DNA from: Podarcis melisellensis
Taxonomy: Eukaryota
Direction: 5' to 3' (one strand)
DNA length: 64,000 bases
Assembly: GCA_964234715.1 (NCBI GenBank)
Contig: OZ174279.1
A model generated the notes under the pieces. That model made no database searches. It saw only the letters and a program-made list of their open reading frames with translations, and was not told the DNA's origin. Shown piece by piece: positions 37,916 to 49,568 of this stretch. Positions within the stretch are counted from its first letter, which is position 1; every line of letters begins with the position of its first letter. The translations under genes were made by a program, and so were the position numbers.

Positions 37916-38146
37916 CAGTGGTACCTTGGGTTAAGAACTTAATTCGTTCTGGAGGTCCGTTCTTAACCTGAAGCTGTTCTTAACCTGAGGTACCACTTTA
38001 GCTAATGGGGCCTCCCACTGCCGCCACGCAATTTCTGTTCTCATCCTGAAGCAAAGTTCTTAACCCAAGGTACCATTTTAGGGTTAGCGGAGTCTGTAAC
38101 CTGAAGCATCTGTAACCTGAAGCGTTTGTAACCTGAGGTACCACTG
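37916..38146. mobile_element. pogo/Tigger-like MITE, copy 2
   Basis: CAGTGGTACCT TIRs and TA flanks. Confidence 0.9.
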
Positions 38147-38176
38147 TATTCATCAGCTCTTCCACACAGCCTGCAT

Positions 38177-38370
38177 ACATAAGAACATTGGAAGAGCCTC
38201 CTGCATCAGGTCAAAGGCCCATCTAGTCCAGCATCGTGTTCTCACTGTGGCCAACCAGATACCCACAGGAAGCTGCCAAACAGAATCTGACTGCAAGAGG
38301 AGTCTCTCCATCTGCAATTCCCACCAACTGGTATTCACAGGCATACTACCTCCAACAGTGGAGGAAGAAT
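38177..38370 (-). mobile_element. CR1-type 3' tail (CR1 or CR1-dependent SINE)
   Basis: acataagaac..gaagagcc..tcaggtcaaaggcccatctagtccagcatc..ttctcac, the reverse complement of a TTCTTATG-type tail. Confidence 0.65.
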
Positions 38371-39189
38371 ATAACCTTATCCTTTTTTAGAGCCTCAGTT
38401 CACTCACTGGTAGCCTCAGCTTAGCCTCCCTACCTAGGATTTTTATGTTTGTTGTTATTACCATGGTTGGTGGCACTGGCCAGCCAGGTGAGGCACTTGC
38501 CAATGACTCATGTCCTCAGGAGGGACCACAGTGCCCTGGGACAGCCACTATCATGCTGGTACAGAGCGGGGAGAAACTTGTTTGCTTTATCCTCATGATC
38601 ATCACATCTTAGTCAGATGTCTCTGTCCTTTCAGTGCAATGAAAAAGGGTCAGCCTTCTTATCCTCTTCGTTTTGTGAGAGGCAGCGTGGGACATTTTAA
38701 GATATGAAATGCCAAGTCAATGACTGCCATAAAACCAATCCCTTATTTGCAAAAGATGGTTTGTGATTCATTGAGAAGCATTATATCCAAATCCCCTGCT
38801 CTCTTTTTATATCCCCACCTTCAAGCTATCGTCGTGCAGCAAGACATGTATCATAACTAGATACTATTCAATTATGGAGCATTTTCTGGGACTTTTATAA
38901 GCATCTGCCTGTCAATTATCACGGAGATTAAAGACACTGACACTAATTTGGCACAGAGAAAGAGAGAGGAACTGCTGAAAAGTTACTAGGAGCATATAAT
39001 TTAGGGAGAAATGGCAAACAAATGAATTCATGTGTTATATCTCATGCTGACAAGCTACAGTAAACCAAATTAATTCTTTTAAAAGTGCATGCCGAGATTG
39101 ACAGAGAGTGAAACAGTAGACCACCTCTCTCATTACAGACCAAGTTAATCTTTGTGACCTTCTGAGGAGACCCCATTGGTTGTTCCACA

Positions 39190-39488
39190 ATCAGAGGAGT
39201 TTTACTTGGTGACAGCACGGAAGCAGGCCTTCTCAGTGATATTGCCCACCCACCTGAATGCCTTCCCTCAGGTAATTTGTGTGGCAGAGACAGAAATGGG
39301 CTTCAAATGCCTCCTTAAAGCTTCTATGCTTTCTTGAACGCTGATTCTTAACTGTTTATAGTTGTTGTTTCATACACTGCTCAGTTTATTTCTGAGATAA
39401 AGTTGTGTTTTGTTTTTATCTATTTTTTAAGATATTTTAGTGAATGTTTTCATGGAAGCTGCTTAGAGTTTTTTGTTAAATTAAGTGG

Positions 39489-39490
<2 letters not shown>
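39190..39490 (+). mobile_element. Old L2 3' fragment
   Basis: gcaggccttctcagtg..gccc...tgaatgccttccc followed by a T-rich 3'UTR ending gaagctgcttagag...aagtgg. Confidence 0.6.

Positions 39491-39491
<1 letters not shown>

Positions 39492-39542
<51 letters not shown>
39492..39542. repeat. (TG)n microsatellite
   Basis: Pure dinucleotide array. Confidence 0.97.
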
Positions 39543-39543
<1 letters not shown>

Positions 39544-39544
<1 letters not shown>

Positions 39545-39895
39545 GGACGCGGGTGGCGCCGTGGGTTAAACCACAGAGCCTAGGGCTTGCCAATCAGAAG
39601 GTTGGTGGTTCGAATCCCCACAACGGGGTGAGCTCCCGTTGCTCAGTCCTTGCTCCTGCCAACCTAGCAGTTCAAAAGCACGTCAAAGTGCAAGTAGATA
39701 AATAGGTACTGCTCCAGCAGGAAGGTAAACGGCATTTCTGTGCGCTGCTCTGGTTCGCCCAAGTGGATTAGTCATGCTGGCCACATGACCCGGAAGCTGT
39801 ACGTCGGCTCCCTCGGTCAATAAAGCGAGATGAGCGCCGCAACCCCAGAGTCAGTCATGACTGGACCTAATGGTCAGGGGTCCCTTTACCTTTAC
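39544..39895 (+). mobile_element. Sauria SINE, full length
   Basis: tRNA-like head (ggtggcgccgtggg A-box, ggttcgaatcc B-box), conserved body and (ACCTTT)n tail. Confidence 0.95.
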
Positions 39896-41870
39896 ATATA
39901 TCACTAAATAAACTAGGAAAACAGTGGTGGGAGGAGAGGGGGAAGTTCTGTTGTGCAAGCATAAATGCTTGCACTAACAGAACAAGTGCAATGACTACCA
40001 CACATAATTGATACAATCAGGGTACTGTAAGTCCAGTCACCAGTATGAGGATGCGGGTGGGCTCTGCCTCTCCACCAGCGGGCAATAAGTGCTGTCAATG
40101 CTGAAAGCCATGAGCATCTGTTTGGCAAGGATATCCTGTCATGCAGCAGCCCACAGATATACATAAGGGTCTTTGGGTCATGGCTCTTGTGGATTTGCAT
40201 GAATTTGAAATATCTATTAGTACTTGCTAAAAAAAAGCTACAAATAAGCAAGCAAACATCTGTTGTATGGCAATTTCACACATGTGGATATAGATAATTA
40301 AAAACCTTTTTTAATTGCTTTACCGTTTGACTCTCAGCTTCTGTGTTGTAATCCAATTCCATCTATTTTCATAGAATTTATATTTTAAATTTCAGAAAAG
40401 AAAGATGTTCCCACGACTTGAAAGTTCAAGAAAACTCCACTAATCATGGAAAACTCTCCAATTCTGCCTGAGCTTATTGTATAAGATGTGTCCCTTCCTA
40501 CATGGTGAGTGGGAGAAGGGTTCATAAGTCATTGGAGGCATTGACAAGCTTGTGTGATGTAGTGTGGGCAGGATTTGGACAGATTTCTATTTGCATATGT
40601 ATAAAGAGTTTGGAGAGGAAATGCCTCACTCATTAAACTATAAGTTCTGGTTCAGGGGAAATGCCTTGAGCAGACTGTAAGAGGATACAGTTATACAGCG
40701 GGAATGAGAAGGATAGATTATATTTAACCAGCTCCCAAATCTGTGTCTACTTCACATTCATCATTACAATTTCACACATGTGGATATAGATAAGCTCATG
40801 GGTGAACAAGGCTGCTGAATTTTAGAGATGCACTTGTACAATTCACCATTTAGTACAAAACACAATGGATGCCACGTACAATAAACACATCCGAAGAATT
40901 AAAGCTCCGTTTTGAAATTGCACTGCTAACAGCCACTGAAAATGCAAGTGAGGAGTTAGCAGAAATGTTCCAGTAAAGTTTAATATTTCATCCAGTTGCT
41001 TGAATATTTGTACATGTCTAGATCCTAGGCTCTGTGGGGGGAAAAAACAAACCTCAGCATCAGAATCAAAATGCAGTCCTTGCAGTCTTTGACAGTATTC
41101 ATATATGTCAGCGAGCGATAAATCATATGTAGCCTGCACTCTGCCATTCAAGGCTTCATATTCATACACAAATCATGCAAGAGAGACTGGCGGATGGCTT
41201 CTGGTCCCCAATGCACAGAGGAAAGGAAAGCCAGGGGTATCAATTGATCACACCATAAAAGGACAGCTGCATCCAGAATGTGTATTTCAGAGAGATGGTC
41301 TGAAGGCTGAGATGTGTTTGGAATATGCCTAATGCTGTAGCTTGTGCGTGTTTTGATCTAGTCAGAAATGGGGACGCTTGAATAACCACTGTAAAAGAAG
41401 CACACCATTGCCTTAAGAAACTGTAGGGTATGTAGGAACAACTTTTGGCTAGATGAGCAAACTGACTCTGGGGAGACACTTCAGAGTGAAGCACAAGGGA
41501 CCAGGACTGGGACAAGGGGATGCGGAGCTGATTTTCAGTAAGGCTGTGCAATCCTAAAACTGTCCTCTCTGAAGTAAGTCCCAATGAGTTGAATAGAACT
41601 TACTCTAAGACAAGTGGATATAGGATTACACCTGTAGTCATTTATATCCATTTAAAGCATTTTCATCAACTAAAAACATTTCCTTGATAAATCAGATTTT
41701 CCTCCTTTTAAATTCAGTACAGGAGGCAACCATTTTAGGCACATCCAGTTGACACATGATCACCAACACATAGGTCTTTCTGGACCAGGAAGAGTGTTGA
41801 ATGGGGGTGGAATGGGACAAAACAAAGGGGGGATAGAATGGGGTAGGGTTTGCTTATGCATGCTCTGCCG

Positions 41871-42195
41871 AAGGTGGCACTGTGGTCTAAACCACTGAGC
41901 CTCTTGAGCCTGGTGGCCAGCGGTTCAAATCCGCACAACGGGGTGAGCTCTTATTGCTTGTCCCAGCTTCTGCCAACCTAGCAGTTTGAAGTCACACCAG
42001 TGCAAGTAGATAATTAGGTACCGCTGTAGTGGAAAGGTAAAGAGCATTTCCATGCGCTCTGACTTCCATGTGACCATGAAAGCTATCTGTGGACAAACAC
42101 CGGCTCCCTTGGCCTGAAAGCGAGATGAGGGCCACACCCCATTGTTGCCTTTGACTGGACTTAACCATCCAGGGGTCCTTTAGCTTTACCTTTTA
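41871..42195 (+). mobile_element. Sauria SINE (older subfamily)
   Basis: A/B boxes (ggtggcactgtgg, ggttcaaatcc), the gcaagtagataa core and a ctttacc tail. Confidence 0.9.
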
Positions 42196-43511
42196 CACCT
42201 GGGAGGCGGGAATGGAACTCCTGCATGAAATGGTCACCACCTGTACTAGTACTTACACAGATGCCAGTGCAGTTGACAAATACCAGATTGAAAGAGAGGG
42301 GGGAATGCCCTTTCTAAAATGATTCTTGCTGAGACTCATGTATCAAATCACTGAAAAACAAAAGGGTTGTTTCCAGCAGCAGCCATATGTGAGTGGAACC
42401 AACTTCCACTTGCACATCCAAAGTTCCCTGGTCTACTAGGGCAAATGGGGCAGTGCCCCACCATCCTCAGGATGCCCCCCACATACCTGCTTGCCTTCTT
42501 ACTTACAACCAATCAGGTTTGTGCTTTATGGTGAAGATACATATTTTTAGAAACCACTCTATTCTTGCGATTACAATTTGTTTTAAGCCATTTTTAATGT
42601 TGCATTTTAAATTGTTCTGATCCGTCCTGGGACCTCTGAGTGATGGGCAGGTAAAAAAATTTGATGATGATGATGATTGTCTCTCTGCCTTCCACTTCCA
42701 AAGGGCACAAATAACCAGTGCTCTCCAGTAAGTGTGCAGAGCTGTTCACACACACAGGAAGCATTACAGCTTGAATTTCATGCCAAAAGCAAACCAGTCT
42801 GTAAAGGAGGCTAAGAAAGCAAGATGCCATATGGTTAATCAGTGGTGACAATAAGAAACATTTAGAGATGATAGTGGAAGACAAAATCATCTATGACTTT
42901 GCAATGCTACTGCAAAGGTCAATGCAATTTTAAGGCCTCCAAAGCAGAAGCATGCCATCATGAAAGTATGGAGTGGATGATAGCCTCTTCCCATTGAACT
43001 TTGGGGGGCGGGGGAGTCCATGCACACAACTGTATTCAGCTATGAACATATCAATATCAGAGAAATGAAGACAAATTGAAGAAAGCCGAGAGAACAGAAT
43101 AGCAATTAGCTGACTGGAAGGATAGAGAAGGGAGAAAAAGTGGCTATAAACATGGCTAAGAGATGATGCAGTGACCTTCTGCAGATATCTTATACCTACA
43201 ATCTTGGGGGAATGGATTGACTTGCTTAATATTGTACAAGAAGTAGGAGACAATGGTCTGAAATAAAATACATTTAGGAGTGAAACCCAGTATGTTTGCC
43301 CTAATTTCCTGTAGGAGGTTTCTCCAAAGAAATGATGGAAATTACATAACTACAATCAAGTTAGGGACAGTACAGATGTTACTACCTCTTCGCCTTGCAC
43401 CCAAACATTAACAGCCAACCAGCGTCTAACAGGAATACATTTGTATAGTATTCTTCATCCCACATGGATTTCTGGGCAACATACTAGTTCTTATCTCAAT
43501 ATACATTGTTG

Positions 43512-43868
43512 TGGGTGGTGGGTGTTGCTGTGGTCTAAATCACAAAGCCTAGGGCTTGTCAATCAGAAGGTCGGCGGTTCGAATCCCCGCGATGGGGGGA
43601 GCTCCCATTGTTCAGTCCCTGCTCCTGCCAACCTAGCAGTTTGAAAGCACATCAAAGTGCAAGTAGATAAATAGGTATCACTTTGGCGGGAAGGTAAACG
43701 GCGTTTCCGTGCGCTGCTCTGTTTCACCAGAAGCAGCTTAGTCATGCTGGCCACATGACCCGGAAGCTGTACGCCACCTCCCTCAGCCAATAAAGTGAGA
43801 TGAGCACTGCAACCCCAGAGTCGGCCATGACTGGACCTAATGGTCAGGGGTCCCTTTACCCTTTACCT
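43512..43868 (+). mobile_element. Sauria SINE with 10-bp TSD TACATTGTTG
   Basis: Full body and tail. TSD at 43502-43511 and 43869-43878. Confidence 0.93.
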
Positions 43869-43874
43869 TACATT

Positions 43875-44170
43875 GTTGCTGGCATCCGTCTGCTTTGAGA
43901 GATAAAGGAATGTGCCTCCAGGGTTGAAATCAAACTGGTATATTAGCAGCACCAAAATAGCTGCTGGGGCCCTGGGTGCCCGAGCACCCACAAAATTCCC
44001 CATGAAGGGGCTGGTTCCCCACACACTGCATGGCCCCTACAGCCATAGGCACCCCACAATCATGGGGCCAAGCTGGTACCCCTGAGCACTGAAATGAACT
44101 CCCCAGGGTGCAAGCCTGGGCAGCGTGTATGGAGGTCCTGAACTGCCTAGACAACAAGACCCCCTGTGAA
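43875..44170 (-). mobile_element. Probable RTE-type 3' fragment interrupted by a degenerate MITE (about 43960-44084)
   Basis: The agcac..aaat sequence is duplicated on either side of a ggggccc/gcacc-rich insert ending ggtacccctg. Family assignment is from recall only. Confidence 0.45.
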
Positions 44171-44607
44171 CATACCCACAATAGACCTCAGGTTTCTGGA
44201 ATTCAGGGAGGATAGGAATGTCCTAATTAATGAAAAGCGACAACAGCGCACAGTTGATTGGCGAATATATCCCATTAGACAGCAACTTCTAGTAAAGCCA
44301 GGAATGCCGAGATTTTGGTTGAAAGTATTCGTGTGTGGATGAATAGGTAGAAAAACACACATGTAAAAATCAGATCTGTGCAACCTATGTGCATGTAAGG
44401 AACTTGCTTATCAGAGAATTTCCTTTTGCCTGGAGCTGGTGAAACGTTTCAATGCATTGCTTCTTTTGAGAAAACCAGTACAATGAGAATAAGGATAATA
44501 TCAATGTGCTCATTTACATTTACCAAATGCATTACTGAAATCCACAACAGCTGCAAGACAATTCTTTCCTAAACATGTCCGTGCAGGTTTTTATTTAAAT
44601 CATATTT

Positions 44608-44682
<75 letters not shown>
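44608..44682. repeat. (AAAG)n microsatellite
   Basis: Tandem tetranucleotide array. Confidence 0.97.
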
Positions 44683-45564
44683 CGTTGAACAAATAATTCG
44701 GCTCCAGTGCACTTCATTGTTCTTGCTTTGCTCGGCATATTTGCAATCAAATACAGGAAGGAGAATACACAGGAGCAAAGGGCGCTCAGGTGCTGTGAAA
44801 AGAGGGGGCTCTTGAGACACTCTGTGTTTTAATAAATACTTGATATCACCTTCCAAGCGAATGGAGCTATGTTTGGAAGAATCAGAGACCAGATGTTTGG
44901 CACTACCTGCTACCTATTTTGGCAGCATGCTCCCCCATATGCACGCATCGCTCCTTTTCACTGACATTGCCCTGCTGATCACATTTAACAAAACATTAGC
45001 TTATCAAGCCACCTTGAAGAAACTATCCTTTTTTTTTTACATCAAATGGAGCCCAGCTTTAGGAACAGGGGAAAGTAATATTGATGGCTGCAATTCTGAA
45101 AGGAACAAATGCTTGCTATTTTGGCTTGTCTAACTTTGACAAACAACAGTGTTTCTTAGCTTTTCCCAACCTTTTAAAGAATTGTTTTGGCTGTGACTTC
45201 TGAATTTCTCTACAAAACGTTCTTTAAAGAAAACACAGGCACGAACACACCACTTTGAACTATACATTCATTTTTAAAAGAACCTCGGTTAAAGCACCTA
45301 GAGCATAATCCCCATGGGCGTGCTCTTGCAGATCTATTTATTTCAATGTGGCTTGCATAAGACAGCTGGAGATCACCAGTACTTTCCCTCGTGAATCAGA
45401 TGCATCACCTTCCCTTTAGGCCTCTGCCGCTTGAAGCCTCTGTGTGGACAAAGCGTGGCAAGGATTGTGTTAGTGGCTAAGAATATTGGGGGGACAGGGC
45501 GAGATTGGATCACTCTCAGTCTCTGCTTAAGATACCACACAGGGATGTTGCAAGGATAGCACAA

Positions 45565-45800
45565 AGAGAGCCAGTGTGGTATAGTGGTTAGAGTGCTGGA
45601 CTAGACCTGGGATAGCAGGGTTCAAATCCCCACTCAGCCATGAAGCCCACTGGGTGACCTTGAGCCAGTCATTGCCTCTCGGCCTAACCGAGGGTTATTG
45701 TGAGGATTAAATAGGCGTCGGGGAAAACCATGTGAGCCACCTTGAACTCCTTGGAGGAAACGGTGGGATATAAATGGAAACAAACAAACAAACAAACACA
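45565..45800 (+). mobile_element. tRNA-derived MIR-like SINE (Squam3-type)
   Basis: A-box tggtatagtggttagag, B-box ggttcaaatcc, CORE-like gggtgaccttgagccagtca, L2-like 3' end and a (CAAA)n tail. Confidence 0.85.
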
Positions 45801-47815
45801 GCATTGGATAATGCTGTTTAAGTGCCCTGAGTTCCTCAGAGCATGTTCTCTGAAGGGTGCACTGTGGGGTCGTTGCTGCTCATGTATGCAAGATTTCCAC
45901 AGCATCCGCACAGTGCCAACCCCACCAAATCGCCAAGTCCAGATTTTCTCCCCATTCAGCCCACATTTACCCTTCTTGTGGAAAATCCATTAGATTTTTT
46001 AAATAAATAAACAAACAAACCTGTAGCCAATTATACATTTGCAATATCTGAATGCCCCATCTGCTATATAAAGTCCTGCTTGAAAGCACCCTAAGATGCA
46101 AGATTCACATTTAATTCCTACCTGAACTGCTGATTATTTTGATGTTTTTTTTTTTTTTACCATTCTTTCAGCCACCTTGATAAATGAACTCGCAGCATAG
46201 CTACTTCGAGAGTGGAGGCTATTATTTGTATAATGGAATTGCTGAGGGAGCAGAGCCATGAATCAAGGCTTCATTATGCAAACAAGGTACACACGTATAA
46301 TGAAGACACAGTGCCTGACCCAAAAAAAGCATACTAATCACGGAATCCCTTATTACTATATTACTATTCAGAAAATGTTTATCATGACCCGCTTGAACAG
46401 AAGAACAGCCCTTATTCAGTGGAAGTCAAACACTGGAAATATCTGCCCATTAATTAGTCCAATTAATGCACAGTATATTTATCCTTAAGGGCCTTTGGTA
46501 TCACATCTGTAATGGTTGTAGTGTTGCTTTCAGGCTGTGGCATACCAACATCATTCCTCAGTTTTTCTCCAGTGGAAATGAGAACATGAGTTATGAGCTT
46601 TACACCATCAGAGGTGCTGACCCATCACGTGTCTAAACATGCAATGCAGTACGAGAGTTTGATCATCACTGAAGGAGGAAGTCCTCCCAAACAGGTGAGC
46701 TGTTGGCGTAGGATTTGTGAGCAACACAAAGTGAGCCTAGTTAACCAGGGGTTTGGACTGCAGGTATCTGAGATGCCAAGAAGCTAAACAGGAAAGTTTA
46801 TTCTCCTTCCTGTTTTTTAGTTTGAAGCATCTTGTGCTAAAAAAATCCAAAGATGCTAATAGAACTGCTTTGATACAAGATCTTCCTCCAGGCATCTTAA
46901 GCTGCTGAGGACCCTACCCCAGGCTATCTCAAAGCACACTCTTAGTTAAAAGGGGGAAACAAGAAGTAATGAGCCAGATACAATTGCAGGCCCCCCTTTC
47001 TTGGAGCCTTCTGACCTTGAAAAGTCTTAAAGCTGTGCTCCCCGTGAAAAATAACTTTTCCTTAGTGCTGAGTATGTGCATTGCTCCACAGACAAACAAT
47101 AAAAGCGCATGCCTTGATCATTTATCCTCCTCTGAGGCCTATAAACCAGAAGCAAATGTAGCAAAGGCAGAAGATTAACAGTGGAAGTGTAACACACCAC
47201 ATTTTTCACAATGTTTGCTCTTCAGGGACAATTAGTAAATGTCACTAATTGCTAGGCATTCGTAAAAAAAAAAAAAAAACGCTGCAGTCCCATCCGACCC
47301 TGACTTTGTTTGACTCATAAGCAAATCTCCCAGCAGTAAAATGACAGAGGCAGGATCTTGGGGCACATGATTCAGTAAGAGATAGGATTTAAAGGAATTC
47401 ACCATTCAGGCTACGCGTACTAAACGACAGTGAAACTTAGGCAGCCTCTGCAAAGACCATACAAAATAATCTCTGCCTGATCCAAGTGGGATTGTCAACT
47501 GTCTCACAGGGAATTCTGTTTCCTCAAGGAGAAAAGCAGGCAGGAGGCAAACTGTCCCTCTAAAAACAGAGATGAGGCAACTGCTAAATTCAGCATCTAG
47601 GCTTGAATAAGAATGCAAAATGCAGCCAATCTCTCTTTTCCCCACTGGTCTTGGGCTAAAAGCTTAGGACTGCTGCTGAAACATATCTGCTACATATTCA
47701 ACCATTAAGCACAGAATTATAGAAGGGGCAGCCAACATACCCAGAACATTATATATATTCTCAAACAGCGTATAAGATCTGTTATTTAATCCTGCATCCT
47801 ACATTGACTATGTTA

Positions 47816-48167
47816 AAGGTAAAGAGACCCCTGACCATTAGGTCCAGTCGCAGACGACTCTGGGGTTGCGTCACTCATCTCACTTTATTGGCCGAGGGAG
47901 CCGGCGTACAGCTTCCAGGTCATGTGGCCAGCATGACTGAGCTACTTCTGGTGAACCAGAGCAGCGCACGGAAACTCCGTTTACCTTCCCGCCAGGGCAG
48001 TACCTATTTATCTACTTGCACTTTTGATGTGCTTTCAAACTGCTAGGTTGGCAGGAGCAGGGACCGAGCAACGGGAGCTCACCCAGTCACGGGGATTCGA
48101 ACCGCCAACCTTCTGATCGGCAAGTCCTAGGCTCTGTGGTTTAATCCACAGCGCCACCCGCGTCCCT
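47816..48167 (-). mobile_element. Sauria SINE, full length
   Basis: Reverse complement of the 39544-39895 family. TATGTTA direct repeats at 47809-47815 and 48172-48178. Confidence 0.95.
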
Positions 48168-49377
48168 GAGATATGTTAGGTCGTATTAGGAAAAGTGCCT
48201 ATGCCATGCAGAAGACTCCTGTATAAAATCATACAAGCCTTGAACAAATCTTATTTCGTGATTGCAATGGTGTAGTCTCTCAAAAATTGGTGTGGTTGTG
48301 GTAGTTGTTGTTCAGTCTGTGATTTCATTTCACCCTCTAAAATCCTACTTCTTAGCCAAAACTCCTGGAGTAAACATCCCTTCATATAAAACAAAAAGAA
48401 GGTTCACTGAAACTCCAGTGCAAGTGAACATTTCTTTGCATGCAGTTCTCCTGGGCCTTAATGTTCAAAGAGGATATATTTAGGCAAAGGACAACACTAA
48501 ATCATTTCAGCTAGAAGATGTTACAGTGACATTCCGCCGTGTATCTTTTTAAGATGCGGAGGTGCTTTCATTCAGTGCAACTGATTCCTGGAGGACACAT
48601 GGCACAACCCACACAGATCCACTACAGATCCACATACAGTTGCGACAAAGTGTGGGCTGTGCACAGATTTCAGAGCCTGTGTGGGGAAAGAGCAATGTTA
48701 GCATGTAAAAAATATATATGGAAAAACCCCCATAGTGCATCCTCCAGACATTCTTTTCATCATCATCCTTTAGTTACTGCTACCCACTGCTCTGCTTGTG
48801 TGCTAAAGCACAGCCCCAGGAGACCAGGAGTCTCCCATGTGAATATAAGACTGAATGGAGGTGGCAGTAAGGAGGCTGCTCACCAAGGAAGAATGACGTT
48901 GACTAAGATGAACTCACAACTTCGTGGAAAGAAGCCTGCAAGCCCTCTCTTGCACCAGGCAGATTTAGGCTGCGATCTCAGCCAAACTCTCCACATGAGC
49001 ACCCAGTTTCTCTGACTTTTGGAGGGGGAAAGGGACTCTTCCATTACACTATTGCCGCATTGCCCCCAAGTGAATGTCATGGACCACAGTTCAGTGTTTC
49101 TCCTTTCCTAATAGCTTGGCCTGAACTTTAGCCGCGGCGAGTACAGACTCAGTCATCATTATATGCAATATCTGGTTCCAAAACACTCCCTCCAAGCAGC
49201 AATTAGCATGAATGTTGTTGCTGAAAAATGCGCTGCCTGATCCCTCCTGGGAAGAAACAGATGTGTCTATGGATTAACCTTGAGCCAAAACCACCCACAA
49301 TTTCACACAAACATTTGCCCCACATGCTTCCCTTTCACCAAGCTTTTTGGTGAGAAGATTCACCTATTGGTTTAGCT

Positions 49378-49568
49378 TAGGGGTTGGCAAGGTTTACCTC
49401 ACCCGGCCCAATTCACTCCCGCGGAGATCACTCTGTGGGCTGGATCAGACTAGCGCAGCGCGGGCGGGACTTACTGAGTGAGCGGCTCTGTTCAGCAGCA
49501 GCTCATGGGCAGTTTAAACAACCCCATGGGCTGCTTGTGACCCATGGGCTGCAGGCTGCTGACCCCTG
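49378..49568. mobile_element. hAT-like MITE
   Basis: Termini taggggttggcaa / ctgctgacccctg. Partial TSD GTTTAGCT/GTTTATAT. Confidence 0.65.

Noticed and set aside
39544-39625. tRNA-like A/B boxes (also at 41871, 43512, 45565, 48090 and 62113)
   Set aside because: These are SINE heads continuous with SINE bodies, not tRNA genes.
48539-49015. 158-aa ORF in unique sequence
   Set aside because: Non-ATG start, no recognisable motif and no exon-like splice boundaries.
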